A stretch of 64,000 nt of DNA. It comes from a virus. The DNA is taken from positions 1 to 64,000 of IMG/VR virus record IMGVR_UViG_3300024313_000004. One strand, written 5' to 3'. Below, piece by piece: positions 8,414-18,874 of this stretch. The first letter of the stretch is position 1; every line of letters begins with the position of its first letter. The notes beneath the pieces are model-generated. The model searched no databases. It saw only the letters and a program-made list of their open reading frames with translations, and was not told the origin of the DNA. The position numbers were made by a program, and so were the translations under genes.

Positions 8414-10063
8414 TTATTTTTTAAGACTTTTAAATTTTTCAAATTTTGCAATTATCTTTTGATTCTCATGATCAATTTTTATATTATTTGGTTCCATTGC
8501 TTTTATCACACCTGCCTCTACAAACTCATCTCTTGTTACATCTTTAGTAATGCCTTCTTTGTCTGTTATTTGGTAATCGAAATTTTCATTTGATGTTGTT
8601 GGATTTCCATATTTGTCAAGCTTAGTAACATTTTCTGCATCAATAACTTTATTATCCATTTCAGGTTCTTTACCTTTAAATTCTGATGCATCACCCCATT
8701 TTTGGTTTAAAGTAAACTTAACACCTGATAAATCATTAAATATTTTATTTTTAAACATATCGATGAATCTTAGTCCTTGGTATGCACCAACATCACAAGT
8801 TCCAAATATGTTTGATATTGATCCAATTCCACCATGACCACCAGATACTGTAATCTCATCTTGTCCGATTGTGGTATCGGGATCATGATATCCTAAGTGT
8901 TGTTTAAAGTTTGTGAGTAATGATGTCATATATGTCCCTAAATCATCGATTGGTTTACCATTTTTATATAATGGTAGATTTTCCGTTTGTGCCATTTTTT
9001 TATAAGCACATACTTGTAAAGTTCCACCATATTGAAGTAATATGAATTTAGGTTCAGAATCTATTCTACCTTCTTTAAAATCTCTTTCAACGATAGTTCT
9101 TGCTCTTAATGCATTTGCCCAAGTTCCTGTTGGTACAAATACTAAGTCTCCTAATTTTAAATATCCATCAAGTCTTAATTTGTTACCTACCCAGAATTTT
9201 TTAACAAATTCTTGTTGTGAGTTTATTGTTTGTTTAGTAATATTATTACCTCTTGTTCTTTTTTGCATTGTATTCAATCTCCACTCAGAATCTTCGATAA
9301 AATCTTTCTTCTTTCCTGCATTTGGTATGAATTTACCAAAACCTGTTCTATTTACATTATGTTCTGGGTATATTTTCTTCATTGCATTGAATATTGCATA
9401 AATAGAAGCATCTTTACAATTTGCAATAACTGCAACTAGAGTTTTAACATCAGATCTTTTTAGGAATTGATTAAATGCTGCCCCGAATTCTAATCTCTTT
9501 TTATCTGACTTTTTAATTTCTGATAAATCAAAATCCAATAATCTCTGCCAATCAACACCATAGTCTTGATATTTTGCGGCATCAATCATATCTATAACCG
9601 AAACAACCAACTCATCTTGTGGAAGTCCTAATACTATACAAAGTGCTTCATATGCAGAAGATGTTGCCAATTTTTTAACAGGTGAGTCTTTGTATTTTTC
9701 CAAGTCTTCTGCACTGAAAAGTCCGTGATGGTCTAAGTAGTAGTCTACTAGTTCATCTCTTTCATCACCTGGCATGTTAGCAAAGTCAAGAACGATATTG
9801 ATAAGTTTTGGATCAAGAGTAGTGTATTTCCATCCTTCTGAATAGTTTACAACACCATATTTAACGATTTCGAATCCGTGATCCAATAACCATTTTTTCA
9901 TCTCAATCGCACATACAATTCCATCCATGTCGTCGTGTGTGTAGAGTGCAACTTTCTTACCATCTTTCCCTTTTTTAATCCAATATTCTTCTTTAGTAGG
10001 TGGTGTTCTTAGAGCAGCCTCCTCATTTATTGAATTCCAATTATTAAATTTTTTAATTCTCAT
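8414..10063 (-). CDS. DHH-family phosphoesterase
   Basis: THDDMDG, VLDFA, LDHH, SSAYE and SGGH motifs; capsid-targeting-like N-terminus. Confidence 0.75.
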   Translation of the reverse strand: MRIKKFNNWNSINEEAALRTPPTKEEYWIKKGKDGKKVALYTHDDMDGIVCAIEMKKWLLDHGFEIVKYGVVNYSEGWKYTTLDPKLINIVLDFANMPGDERDELVDYYLDHHGLFSAEDLEKYKDSPVKKLATSSAYEALCIVLGLPQDELVVSVIDMIDAAKYQDYGVDWQRLLDFDLSEIKKSDKKRLEFGAAFNQFLKRSDVKTLVAVIANCKDASIYAIFNAMKKIYPEHNVNRTGFGKFIPNAGKKKDFIEDSEWRLNTMQKRTRGNNITKQTINSQQEFVKKFWVGNKLRLDGYLKLGDLVFVPTGTWANALRARTIVERDFKEGRIDSEPKFILLQYGGTLQVCAYKKMAQTENLPLYKNGKPIDDLGTYMTSLLTNFKQHLGYHDPDTTIGQDEITVSGGHGGIGSISNIFGTCDVGAYQGLRFIDMFKNKIFNDLSGVKFTLNQKWGDASEFKGKEPEMDNKVIDAENVTKLDKYGNPTTSNENFDYQITDKEGITKDVTRDEFVEAGVIKAMEPNNIKIDHENQKIIAKFEKFKSLKK

Positions 10064-10089
10064 TATAATGAATTATTTTTTAGTATATA

Positions 10090-11031
10090 TTAAATTTTTT
10101 TGATTATTATTCGTATATAATCATTACTAAAATCTTTGTATGTTTGTTCAATCTTCCAATCATAGTCTTCTAATCGATTATTCGCCACTTCAATCACTTC
10201 TTTGAACCTTTCATCCTCTGTCATTTTAGTCAGTAATGATTGTATCATGTTTCTGTCTGCTTGTGTTTTTCCATATTCCGGAACGGATATAGCATCTGAC
10301 TTAACTCTTACCTCTATGTATGGAAAGTGTTGAAATTGCATCACTTTATTCGACATTGGAACGTTGGACATAAGGTCTCCTTGACCAAGCATACTTTTAA
10401 ACTCTACGAATACTCTTAGCTTTTCTGGAAATATGTCAAGGTCTTGTAGGTCGTAGAACATCTCTTTAACATCTTCTGGATATAGTCCATAATGTTTCAT
10501 CGCGGTCTCATCATCTACTGATTCGTTTATATCTTCATCTTCATCTTCATCTTCGAAATATACATAGTCGTCAGGCTGTCTTTCTACTATTATGGAAACA
10601 CAATTTTTAACAATTTTACCACCTACTTTAGATTTTATAGCCCCTGCTTCATACCCCCATATATATCCAGTTGTTTGTGTATATTGTTCGTCCTTTACAA
10701 CATGAACATTATAAATTTCTTCAATGTTATTTTTTAGTTTATTATAATATTCAAATAATATATCTTTCATTTCTTCAGATGTATCAAAGTATATTTTTAT
10801 TTTATATATTCCTACACCATCGAAAGATTCGTCTACCTTTGTAGATATGTCATCACTTGTACCTATCATGTAGGTATTAGGTGCGTCAGATGCCATCTTT
10901 TCCGTTACGAAGTATTTTGCCTTTATTCCTTCATCTGATAAAATGTAATCTAATGATGAAATATCTTCTAATAAGTCTTTTATATTTACACCATTCGAAT
11001 TAAAGTCTTCGTATAATTTCAAATATTTCAT
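10090..11031 (-). CDS. Two-module hypothetical protein with capsid-targeting-like N-terminus
   Basis: MKYLKLYEDF; acidic linker ending DINES; second module. Confidence 0.6.
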   Translation of the reverse strand: MKYLKLYEDFNSNGVNIKDLLEDISSLDYILSDEGIKAKYFVTEKMASDAPNTYMIGTSDDISTKVDESFDGVGIYKIKIYFDTSEEMKDILFEYYNKLKNNIEEIYNVHVVKDEQYTQTTGYIWGYEAGAIKSKVGGKIVKNCVSIIVERQPDDYVYFEDEDEDEDINESVDDETAMKHYGLYPEDVKEMFYDLQDLDIFPEKLRVFVEFKSMLGQGDLMSNVPMSNKVMQFQHFPYIEVRVKSDAISVPEYGKTQADRNMIQSLLTKMTEDERFKEVIEVANNRLEDYDWKIEQTYKDFSNDYIRIIIKKI

Positions 11032-12422
11032 TTTTTACCTCCTAATTTTCCGAATCCTGTTATGATTCCTTTATCTTTACCTTTTTGTGGTTCCTCATTA
11101 AACTTAGTATCAAAGAAGTTTGTATTATCATTTACAATTTTAACTTCTGAATCCATAGTTGCATATGGACCAAGTTCACCTGATCTAAAAACACCACCAA
11201 ACATATCACCATTAAGATAACCTTCCATGAAGTAACAATTCGTAAGTCCTGAGTTATCTACTCTACAATTAAGAACTTTAGTATTATTTACATCACAATG
11301 TGTTAGAGATGATTTACTTACTTGTGAGTTTGTAATTTCTGTACCTAAGAAGTTACAAGTTTCGAATATACCTTCAATTGTACAATTTATGAAATCGTAA
11401 TTTCTTAGTGTTACATTACTTTTAATTGTAGTATCAACTATTTCCATAGTTTGTGATGATGTCACATAGTTTATTATACACTCTTTTAGATCATTGGTAC
11501 CATCTATTAGTGTGTAAAGTTTATCATATATTTTGCCATAATAGGCATTTATAGTATCATAATCACTAATTTGATCAATTTGTAATTGTATTGTTGGGAA
11601 ATCTATAATGAAGTTATCATACTTAGAAAAGTTTTTAAATGATTTGATATTATCTTCTAAATATTTTTCAAGTTTTTCAATATCTTCGGAATTGAAATTC
11701 TTATCTATTGAATCAAATACATTTATAATAAATCGATCCATGAAATAAATCAATTGTCCAATATTTTTTTCATAATCTTTACCACCAATATACCTAAATT
11801 CGATTCTTTGGTGTTCTTTATCATTGTTTATGTTAATAAAATTAATACCATAGTATTTATCATTTGGTACTCTTAAATTGTTTTTAACAACTTCAATTGG
11901 TATATTAAAAAAATCATATTCTTTATAAGGTATTATTTTTTTAATAGTTTTTGCATAAACATTATTTTTTCTAGATGGGAAGACTCTGTATATTTCTTCT
12001 TCATCGGTATTTAATATAAGTTTTAATATATTCAAGTCATTTAGATCCTTTTGATTATTATTGAATGATAAGTTAAAATGTATAGAACACTTATCATTTG
12101 TATAACCATAGGTTTGTATGAATTTTATTATCTTAACTAGGTAATATTTAGCATCATAATAATCAAGTGGTCCGGTAACTAGTTCGACCATATTTGAACC
12201 ACCAGAAAGGTCAGGTTCTATTTTAAAGTTATTTGAATCTGGTGTGAAATCTGAGTGGTATTGTCTGAATCCCCATACTTTAACTGGTGTCAATTCAACA
12301 TTTAAAATATCAAGTGTTTTGTAGAAAGATAGGTCTTTCATATAAAACTCAAACTCAAGACCAATCTTGGCATGTTTAAGTTTATTTGATTGATTTAAAA
12401 ATTTATCAGAGTATTTCTTCAT
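11028..12422 (-). CDS. Putative amidoligase (COOH-NH2 ligase fold) with C-terminal beta-helix-like repeats
   Basis: GLEFEF, IEPDLS, VELVTGPL, CSIHFNLS, KYYGINF, RIEFR motifs. Confidence 0.75.
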   Translation of the reverse strand: MKKYSDKFLNQSNKLKHAKIGLEFEFYMKDLSFYKTLDILNVELTPVKVWGFRQYHSDFTPDSNNFKIEPDLSGGSNMVELVTGPLDYYDAKYYLVKIIKFIQTYGYTNDKCSIHFNLSFNNNQKDLNDLNILKLILNTDEEEIYRVFPSRKNNVYAKTIKKIIPYKEYDFFNIPIEVVKNNLRVPNDKYYGINFININNDKEHQRIEFRYIGGKDYEKNIGQLIYFMDRFIINVFDSIDKNFNSEDIEKLEKYLEDNIKSFKNFSKYDNFIIDFPTIQLQIDQISDYDTINAYYGKIYDKLYTLIDGTNDLKECIINYVTSSQTMEIVDTTIKSNVTLRNYDFINCTIEGIFETCNFLGTEITNSQVSKSSLTHCDVNNTKVLNCRVDNSGLTNCYFMEGYLNGDMFGGVFRSGELGPYATMDSEVKIVNDNTNFFDTKFNEEPQKGKDKGIITGFGKLGGKK

Positions 12423-12519
12423 AGATTATATATTAAAAATATATTCTCATTAATTAATTTAGGAGAGATAAATTCTTTTATATATACTTTTAATTATTCG
12501 AAAGGTATAGTTTTTAACC

Positions 12520-12948
12520 TTGTTAAAAAATTCCGATCCAAAAACTAAATTTAAAAATATGAATTTTTTCTGTGTTTATGTAAAGACTCGTAAAAAGATG
12601 GATAAGTACATAAAAGTAAACAAGATTAAAAATAAGTACATAATAGACATCAAAAAAATAATTGAAGAAGAAGAGTTATCGGATGTTGAAGATAAGATCT
12701 ATTTGAAGATTGTTATTTTTAATAAAATACAACAGGCTATTGAGAAAAATAAGGATATTTATTATATACCTGATTTTGATAATGAGTTTTCTATTGAAAA
12801 ATTATTAAATCTTAAAAAAATATTGGGAGATAATGACTTTAATGTCTTGGTATTTTATAATGAATTTAGAAAAAATCCTGAAATTATAGATGATGTCTTT
12901 TCAAATCTTTCGAAATTTTCAAATTCGCAAATTATTCGTGACTATTAA
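12520..12948 (+). CDS. Hypothetical protein (start uncertain)
   Basis: ORF; TTG start in track, ATG alternatives downstream. Confidence 0.55.
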   Translation: MLKNSDPKTKFKNMNFFCVYVKTRKKMDKYIKVNKIKNKYIIDIKKIIEEEELSDVEDKIYLKIVIFNKIQQAIEKNKDIYYIPDFDNEFSIEKLLNLKKILGDNDFNVLVFYNEFRKNPEIIDDVFSNLSKFSNSQIIRDY

Positions 12949-12992
12949 AAGGGATTCGTTTTATTAATATATAAATAAAATAAAATTAATAG

Positions 12993-14873
12993 ATGGCAAT
13001 TTTAGGAGGTTCCCCACTTGGTCTTATTGGTCTTAGAAGTACTGCAAATGCAGGTACTGGTAGGTCTACATTTAATGGTGGTGTAAGTAGGAATGTCGAT
13101 GTCTATGAATATAATAGATCAAGAGCAGGTAGTTTATTTACGGGTCAGAGAAGATTAAGGGCATGGCCAAATATAAATGGTAAAATGACTCCTGGAGATG
13201 AAAAAAATAACGTATTACCAGAAGACGATACTACAGGAACTGCCGATGTTATATACAAAGGTAATAGTATAGTAGATGGTTATACATCACCATTTGATGG
13301 TGATGATTGGAAAAAGGGTATTAAAAATCATACCGGTCAGAATGTTCTACACAATAATGATGTTTATGACACAAGTGTTTTAAACATAATAGAAAAGTTG
13401 GCACCAACCAAAGGTGCATTAAAACCATCGGATTTTGCATATTTAAAAAATGTTGGAGTTTATCCAAATAATAGATTAATGATTTGTCGAAGATTTATGA
13501 CACCCTCTGCTGATAATATAATGGTTAATAATATTAGTAAAGATGGTAAGGCTAAAGATATACCATCTTTGGCAACTATGATTTCATGGATACCTCAGAA
13601 TGATGATTTTATAAGTATAACATTTGGAGAGACATGGGAAGAGGCAAAAGCTGATTTTACAAGTATACTTAATAGTTTAGGAGAAGACTTTGGTAAGACA
13701 AATGTTGGTGGTATAGCCGGTGCTGCCGCGGGTGCGATACCATTACCAGGATTTACTGAAATATTCCAAAGACAATTTTTAGCTAGTTTAGGTTTATTGG
13801 AGAATGATGCTGCCAATTCAATACCATCAGGTAATCCAAATCTTATAAAAGAGGCCAAGGTTAGAAAAACTATTGGGTATGGTGATGCTGGTTCTGGTTT
13901 AATAGCAAAGGTTTCCATAAAAATGATTTGTGAATATGAACTTAAATTCATATCAGGTATTGACCCTACAATTGTTTGGATGGATATATTAGGTACTATA
14001 GTTAGATTTGGTACTTCAGACTCATCAAACTATGGTTTAGGTCAAAAAGTTGCAGCAAAGATTTCCAAATGGAGTAGAGATCCTAATACCTTATTAACTG
14101 ATGTAATTAATTCTGTTCAAAATATTCTTGGTTCGGTTAAGAAGGAGATGGAAGAAGGTTTTGCAAAGATTAAAGAGGATACTGTGGCGAAGCTTACTAA
14201 AGATAAAAATACCAAAGATCCTACATTAGATGAAAATGGTAACCCAATCCCACCAACTAAGGATGATATTTATAAGAAAGGGAAGGAGGCGGCTGAGGCT
14301 GCAGAAAGAGCTTCTATTAATTTATTAGATACTCTTTTGGATGGAGTTAAAAAATCTATTAATGGTTCTGTTATGAAATATAGAGTTCAAGTTATGGGTA
14401 TAGTTTCGGCATTAACAGGTAATCCATCTACACCATGGCATATAACGGTTGGTAATCCACTTAGACCGGTTTTTTGTTCTGGTGATATGTTGGTATCGGA
14501 TACAACTTTGAAGTTAGGACCTATATTAGCGTTTAACGATTTACCATCTAATATTACGGTAGAGTTTACGGTTAGTAATGCTAGATCTTGGGGGATGCAA
14601 GAAATAATGGCAAAATTTAATTCAGGGTATCTTAGAAGTGTTGATATACAAAAAACATTTTTTGAAACTAATGGTAAATTTGATAAGAAAACTGGTAAAT
14701 TTCAAGCAGATAGACCGGGTGTTCTTCCAGGTTCAATTAATAGTACATATACAACAGAAAGTGTGACTGGTGCAACGGTAAGTACTACTGGTGTTGATAA
14801 TGGGTCCACTCCAATAGATGTAGTAAATACTACGACACAAACTAAACAAGAGGGTGGTGATAAACCAGTATAA
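12993..14873 (+). CDS. Baseplate/tail-tube-associated structural protein (gp48/gp54-like C-terminus)
   Basis: PWHITVGNPLRPVFCSGDM...LAFNDLPSNITVEFTVSNAR; position before a gp53-like gene; TAATATATA upstream. Confidence 0.5.
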   Translation: MAILGGSPLGLIGLRSTANAGTGRSTFNGGVSRNVDVYEYNRSRAGSLFTGQRRLRAWPNINGKMTPGDEKNNVLPEDDTTGTADVIYKGNSIVDGYTSPFDGDDWKKGIKNHTGQNVLHNNDVYDTSVLNIIEKLAPTKGALKPSDFAYLKNVGVYPNNRLMICRRFMTPSADNIMVNNISKDGKAKDIPSLATMISWIPQNDDFISITFGETWEEAKADFTSILNSLGEDFGKTNVGGIAGAAAGAIPLPGFTEIFQRQFLASLGLLENDAANSIPSGNPNLIKEAKVRKTIGYGDAGSGLIAKVSIKMICEYELKFISGIDPTIVWMDILGTIVRFGTSDSSNYGLGQKVAAKISKWSRDPNTLLTDVINSVQNILGSVKKEMEEGFAKIKEDTVAKLTKDKNTKDPTLDENGNPIPPTKDDIYKKGKEAAEAAERASINLLDTLLDGVKKSINGSVMKYRVQVMGIVSALTGNPSTPWHITVGNPLRPVFCSGDMLVSDTTLKLGPILAFNDLPSNITVEFTVSNARSWGMQEIMAKFNSGYLRSVDIQKTFFETNGKFDKKTGKFQADRPGVLPGSINSTYTTESVTGATVSTTGVDNGSTPIDVVNTTTQTKQEGGDKPV

Positions 14874-14888
14874 AAATAAATATTTAAA

Positions 14889-15380
14889 ATGAATATAGTA
14901 TCAATAGATGAAACAAGGTTTATTAATAATAGAGTTATTAATGGATGGGATATATCAGCACCTTCTTTTATAAATGGTGGTGATGTTACTACATTGAATA
15001 TTTATGAAGTTCAAAAGGGTGAGGATATGAGAATAGATTTAGTTATGACCTCAATATACGATGATCCATATAGTCTTAAAGATTTGGATATTATTTTATA
15101 TATAAATGATATAGATAATCCTTTAAATATTAGAGAGGGTATGTTAATATATTATCCAGAACGTGAAAATTTACTAAATTATAGATACTATGAAAATGAT
15201 GATGATACGGTTAGTAAGTCTGTTCAATCACAATTAGGTGTTTTAAATAAAACAACTAGGAAAGATGAGAATAGGAAAAAATTCTTAGATGCTAATTATT
15301 CTTTACCACCAACCGTTATGAAGGAAAGTAAATCAGCGGTTACTATATCGGGTGGTAATATATTCGTAGGAGGTCTTTAA
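14889..15380 (+). CDS. Baseplate wedge protein, LysM/gp53-like
   Basis: YEVQKGEDMRIDLV..SIY...ILYINDIDNPLNIREGMLIYYP. Confidence 0.7.
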   Translation: MNIVSIDETRFINNRVINGWDISAPSFINGGDVTTLNIYEVQKGEDMRIDLVMTSIYDDPYSLKDLDIILYINDIDNPLNIREGMLIYYPERENLLNYRYYENDDDTVSKSVQSQLGVLNKTTRKDENRKKFLDANYSLPPTVMKESKSAVTISGGNIFVGGL

Positions 15381-15395
15381 AAATTATTTTTTATA

Positions 15396-17378
15396 ATGGG
15401 TGATATTTTAAGAGAGGTTAGAGTTAGAGAATCGGTATATCAGGATCGTGATATTAAAGTGATTATTGAGAAATCGGGCTTTCTTAATAAGAAAAGAACC
15501 GTATATGCAATTCCATGGGGTAAAGTTGAAAAATCATGGTCTACTTGGGTGCCTATTGAGTTTGATGTAAACGACCTTACAGAGGACAACAATTTTGGTG
15601 ACTATTCTAAATTCTACGCAGAATATATAAAAGAAAGAGATCAACCTATAAATATATTTGGTGGTTATACTTTAGATTTTCATCAAAGGAATAATTTGGA
15701 GTTTTCATCAGAATGGAATACCGACCTGGATATAATAAAACTTTATATTCTTATAAATACTGAAAAGTATAAATCAGATGTTTATCAATGGAACTTAATA
15801 GAAGATCCCATAAAAGGTGATAAGGGTGGAATTGCACCATATTATAGAAGCTTTGGTGTTGAACCATATTATCTAAATAATGGTGTTGAGATTAAAATAG
15901 AATGGGGAGGTAATATAGGTGAGATGTGGAGTGATGATAGAGGTCGAGAACTAGATGTTCCGAACCCAAAGTTTTATAATGGTGTTAAAGAAATGTCTAA
16001 GGGTGATAAAAGAGTTTTTGGAATTTATCTAAATGATGATGTGGTCGATCCTAACCTTGATAATAAGTTTATATACTATAAATATGGTCTTATTTATACT
16101 AATAAAGATGGTAAGTCTATAAGTTCTTTTGCACCATCAAGAAATGATCCTGGTGTATCAAGGGCTTCTTTAGATGGTTATGAAAATTATGGTAGTCAGA
16201 TAGATGATGAATATATAATTAGTCAGATAATAAGAGAATGGAAAAGTAATGTAGAGGGTGGTTATGATGAACTCGATTTGGTTAGAAATGAAATTGGTTC
16301 ACCTGTTATTTATTTAGGTGATGCTGTAGATTATAAAAAAATAGAATATAAAAGTCCATTTGGTATTGATGTTGTGGAAAATAACATATCACCAACTTCT
16401 TCGGTTGTTGATCCAGTAACAATAGAACCACCGATTAAAGCTAGTTTTAAACCGACTTTCTTTGGTATAGAAGATGGGATTCAAATTTTGGCAAAAAATG
16501 ATTTACCTAGCTTTACGGTTTTTGTAGGTGATCCTGATAAAGATTGGACAAATGTAGGTGTAGGTGATTTACCACAAGGTGGTGAAAATTTTGATAATGT
16601 AGATGGTTCGGAATTATGGGATGAAGATAATGAATACCTTGAGAGTGATACTATAGCAGAGGAAGAGGCACCACCGGAAATACGTGAGTATGTACCACCC
16701 TCAATTTTTATATCTGATGATGAAAATATAGATCCGGCTAGTACCAACGCATCATCTGTTTGGGTTCCTGGTCCTAAAGTAGGAAATATTGTTGAATTAC
16801 CATCAGATTACTCACACAACAAAACACAAGGTTATAATATATTAAATGGTCAATGGATTGGAGATTTAATTGCATCTGCAAAAAGTCATATAAACCACCC
16901 AACTTGGGATATACCTGGTACTGAAAAGGGAAGTCTTGGATGTGCATCCGCGGTTTCTATTATATTTTATAGAGCATTTGGTGTACATATGAAGACCGGT
17001 AAACCGTTGAAAACTGATAAGCCTGGTGATATAAGTAACTTTGGTAGTAAAGGAACTTACCAATTAGCTGAGTGGTTCAAGGGTAATAGTATTTATCAAC
17101 AAATATCTTGGAGAGATGCAAAGCCAGGTGATATAATAAATACTTCTAGAAACTTCTCAACTGGTAAAGCAGGTCATATAGGTATAGTTATAGATGAGAA
17201 ACATAGAAATGGGTCTTGGATTATAATTTCAAATAGTTCTAAGGGATTTGCCGGTGGTGGTGGTGGTGCTATACTTAAAAATTATTCAATAAAGGCATGG
17301 GAGAAGGTTGCAACTAGGAATCCAAGTGAAACTTTCGCATATAGATATGTTGGTCCAGTGGAGTCTCCTGTTGTTTAA
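15396..17378 (+). CDS. Structural protein with C-terminal NlpC/P60-CHAP-like peptidoglycan amidase/peptidase domain
   Basis: LGCASAVSII (catalytic Cys), PGDII, GHIGIV (His), acidic linker. Confidence 0.65.
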   Translation: MGDILREVRVRESVYQDRDIKVIIEKSGFLNKKRTVYAIPWGKVEKSWSTWVPIEFDVNDLTEDNNFGDYSKFYAEYIKERDQPINIFGGYTLDFHQRNNLEFSSEWNTDLDIIKLYILINTEKYKSDVYQWNLIEDPIKGDKGGIAPYYRSFGVEPYYLNNGVEIKIEWGGNIGEMWSDDRGRELDVPNPKFYNGVKEMSKGDKRVFGIYLNDDVVDPNLDNKFIYYKYGLIYTNKDGKSISSFAPSRNDPGVSRASLDGYENYGSQIDDEYIISQIIREWKSNVEGGYDELDLVRNEIGSPVIYLGDAVDYKKIEYKSPFGIDVVENNISPTSSVVDPVTIEPPIKASFKPTFFGIEDGIQILAKNDLPSFTVFVGDPDKDWTNVGVGDLPQGGENFDNVDGSELWDEDNEYLESDTIAEEEAPPEIREYVPPSIFISDDENIDPASTNASSVWVPGPKVGNIVELPSDYSHNKTQGYNILNGQWIGDLIASAKSHINHPTWDIPGTEKGSLGCASAVSIIFYRAFGVHMKTGKPLKTDKPGDISNFGSKGTYQLAEWFKGNSIYQQISWRDAKPGDIINTSRNFSTGKAGHIGIVIDEKHRNGSWIIISNSSKGFAGGGGGAILKNYSIKAWEKVATRNPSETFAYRYVGPVESPVV

Positions 17379-18859
17379 TCACCAGTTATAGTGCTTTTAT
17401 CAGGTTTTATTATTGTAAGTACAACTCTTCTATTCATCTGTCTTCCTTCTTCACTTGAATTATCTGAAATTGGTTTACTTTCACCGAATCCTTCGGCTGA
17501 TATCATACCGTCGACAACTCCTTTATCTACTAAATAATTCTTAACTGATGTTGCTCTACTTTTGGATAAGTCTAAGTTACTTACTATAGAACCAACTGAA
17601 TCTGTATGACCTTCTATATTTAATTTCCATGATTTTTCCTTTTTAAGAAGTTCTGCTAACTTATTTAAACTTTCAAAACTTCCCGGTCTTATATCTGCCT
17701 TATTTGTATCAAAATTAAGATTTTTGAATGCAGTTACTACTACCTCCTCTGCCTCTACATCTGGTGTAGATGGTGTGCCTACTATTTTATCTTCTACTGC
17801 AAGTGTAGTTGGTTTTATTGATTCTTCTGGTACTGCTTTATTTGTTTGTACATTTTTTTGTGCAGCATCCCAATCACTTCTTGTTGATAATGTGTATGAT
17901 AGTTTATTTCCATATTTTTCTTTATGTTTCTCACATAGTGAGAAAAAATCATTTAACTCATCTGCTGTGGAGAAGACTTGTGAACCATTTTCTGACCAGT
18001 TTCCAACTTTCTTACCACCAGGGTAACCTAAATGAATATTTATATCGAAGTTGCCAGTACCATCATCATTTACCTTTAATGGTGATGTTAGATTACTAGG
18101 TAAAAATTCGGGTCTATCGTAATCTTTATCTAACCAAATCATTTGTTTAGAATCTTTATTTGTTATTAATGCGGGTGCACCACCATATTTAGATATTTCA
18201 TATACATCTAAATATTGTGATGGTACTAATATTTTAATTCCTTTTATTTTATTCTCTTCTATGGGTGCAGTACTTGTTTTCTCACTTTTATTTTTACTGG
18301 TATTTGATATTAAAACTCCTGCACCAATAGTACCTGCGACTACTCCTGTTCCTACTAATACCTTTTTGCCTAAATTTTTATCAAAGTTAAAACTATTTTC
18401 TGGAGTATTTAAAGTTTCGGTATTTGAATTTACTTCTGTTATGTTTGAATTTACTTCTTCTATAATTTTATTTGGCTCTATTGATTTCTCAACTATATTA
18501 GATTCCACTACTAATGGTTCATCTACGCTAAAGTCTATATTTAGTCCAAACTTTTCAAAAAAAGTCTGTGTTATTATGGCCAACATCTCGTTTATAAGTA
18601 TCTTTGGTGGTGAGAATAATGATGGTTCACCATTTAATATTAATGTACCATCGTTATCTAAAACAGTTTTATTAGTCTGTGGATTTATAAAGGGTATGGT
18701 AATACCATATACATACCCAACTGCAGATTTTTCAGTGAATCCACTTTCTAAAAGTACTTCATTAACTACTATTTTACCGGATAGATTCTTTTCGAATTCA
18801 TTTTGAGTACTGTTAAAGTAATTTGGGTTTGTTATATATAGTTTATATTCAGTTTCCAT
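17375..18859 (-). CDS. Protein with C-terminal half of an L,D-transpeptidase-like domain plus OmpA-like peptidoglycan-binding domain
   Basis: LVPSQY...INIH...NWSENGSQVF; NFDTNKA...IEGHTDSVGS..SNLDLSKSRA..V..YL...GFGESKP...NRRV. Confidence 0.8.
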   Translation of the reverse strand: METEYKLYITNPNYFNSTQNEFEKNLSGKIVVNEVLLESGFTEKSAVGYVYGITIPFINPQTNKTVLDNDGTLILNGEPSLFSPPKILINEMLAIITQTFFEKFGLNIDFSVDEPLVVESNIVEKSIEPNKIIEEVNSNITEVNSNTETLNTPENSFNFDKNLGKKVLVGTGVVAGTIGAGVLISNTSKNKSEKTSTAPIEENKIKGIKILVPSQYLDVYEISKYGGAPALITNKDSKQMIWLDKDYDRPEFLPSNLTSPLKVNDDGTGNFDINIHLGYPGGKKVGNWSENGSQVFSTADELNDFFSLCEKHKEKYGNKLSYTLSTRSDWDAAQKNVQTNKAVPEESIKPTTLAVEDKIVGTPSTPDVEAEEVVVTAFKNLNFDTNKADIRPGSFESLNKLAELLKKEKSWKLNIEGHTDSVGSIVSNLDLSKSRATSVKNYLVDKGVVDGMISAEGFGESKPISDNSSEEGRQMNRRVVLTIIKPDKSTITGD

Positions 18860-18874
18860 TATTTTATATTTTAT

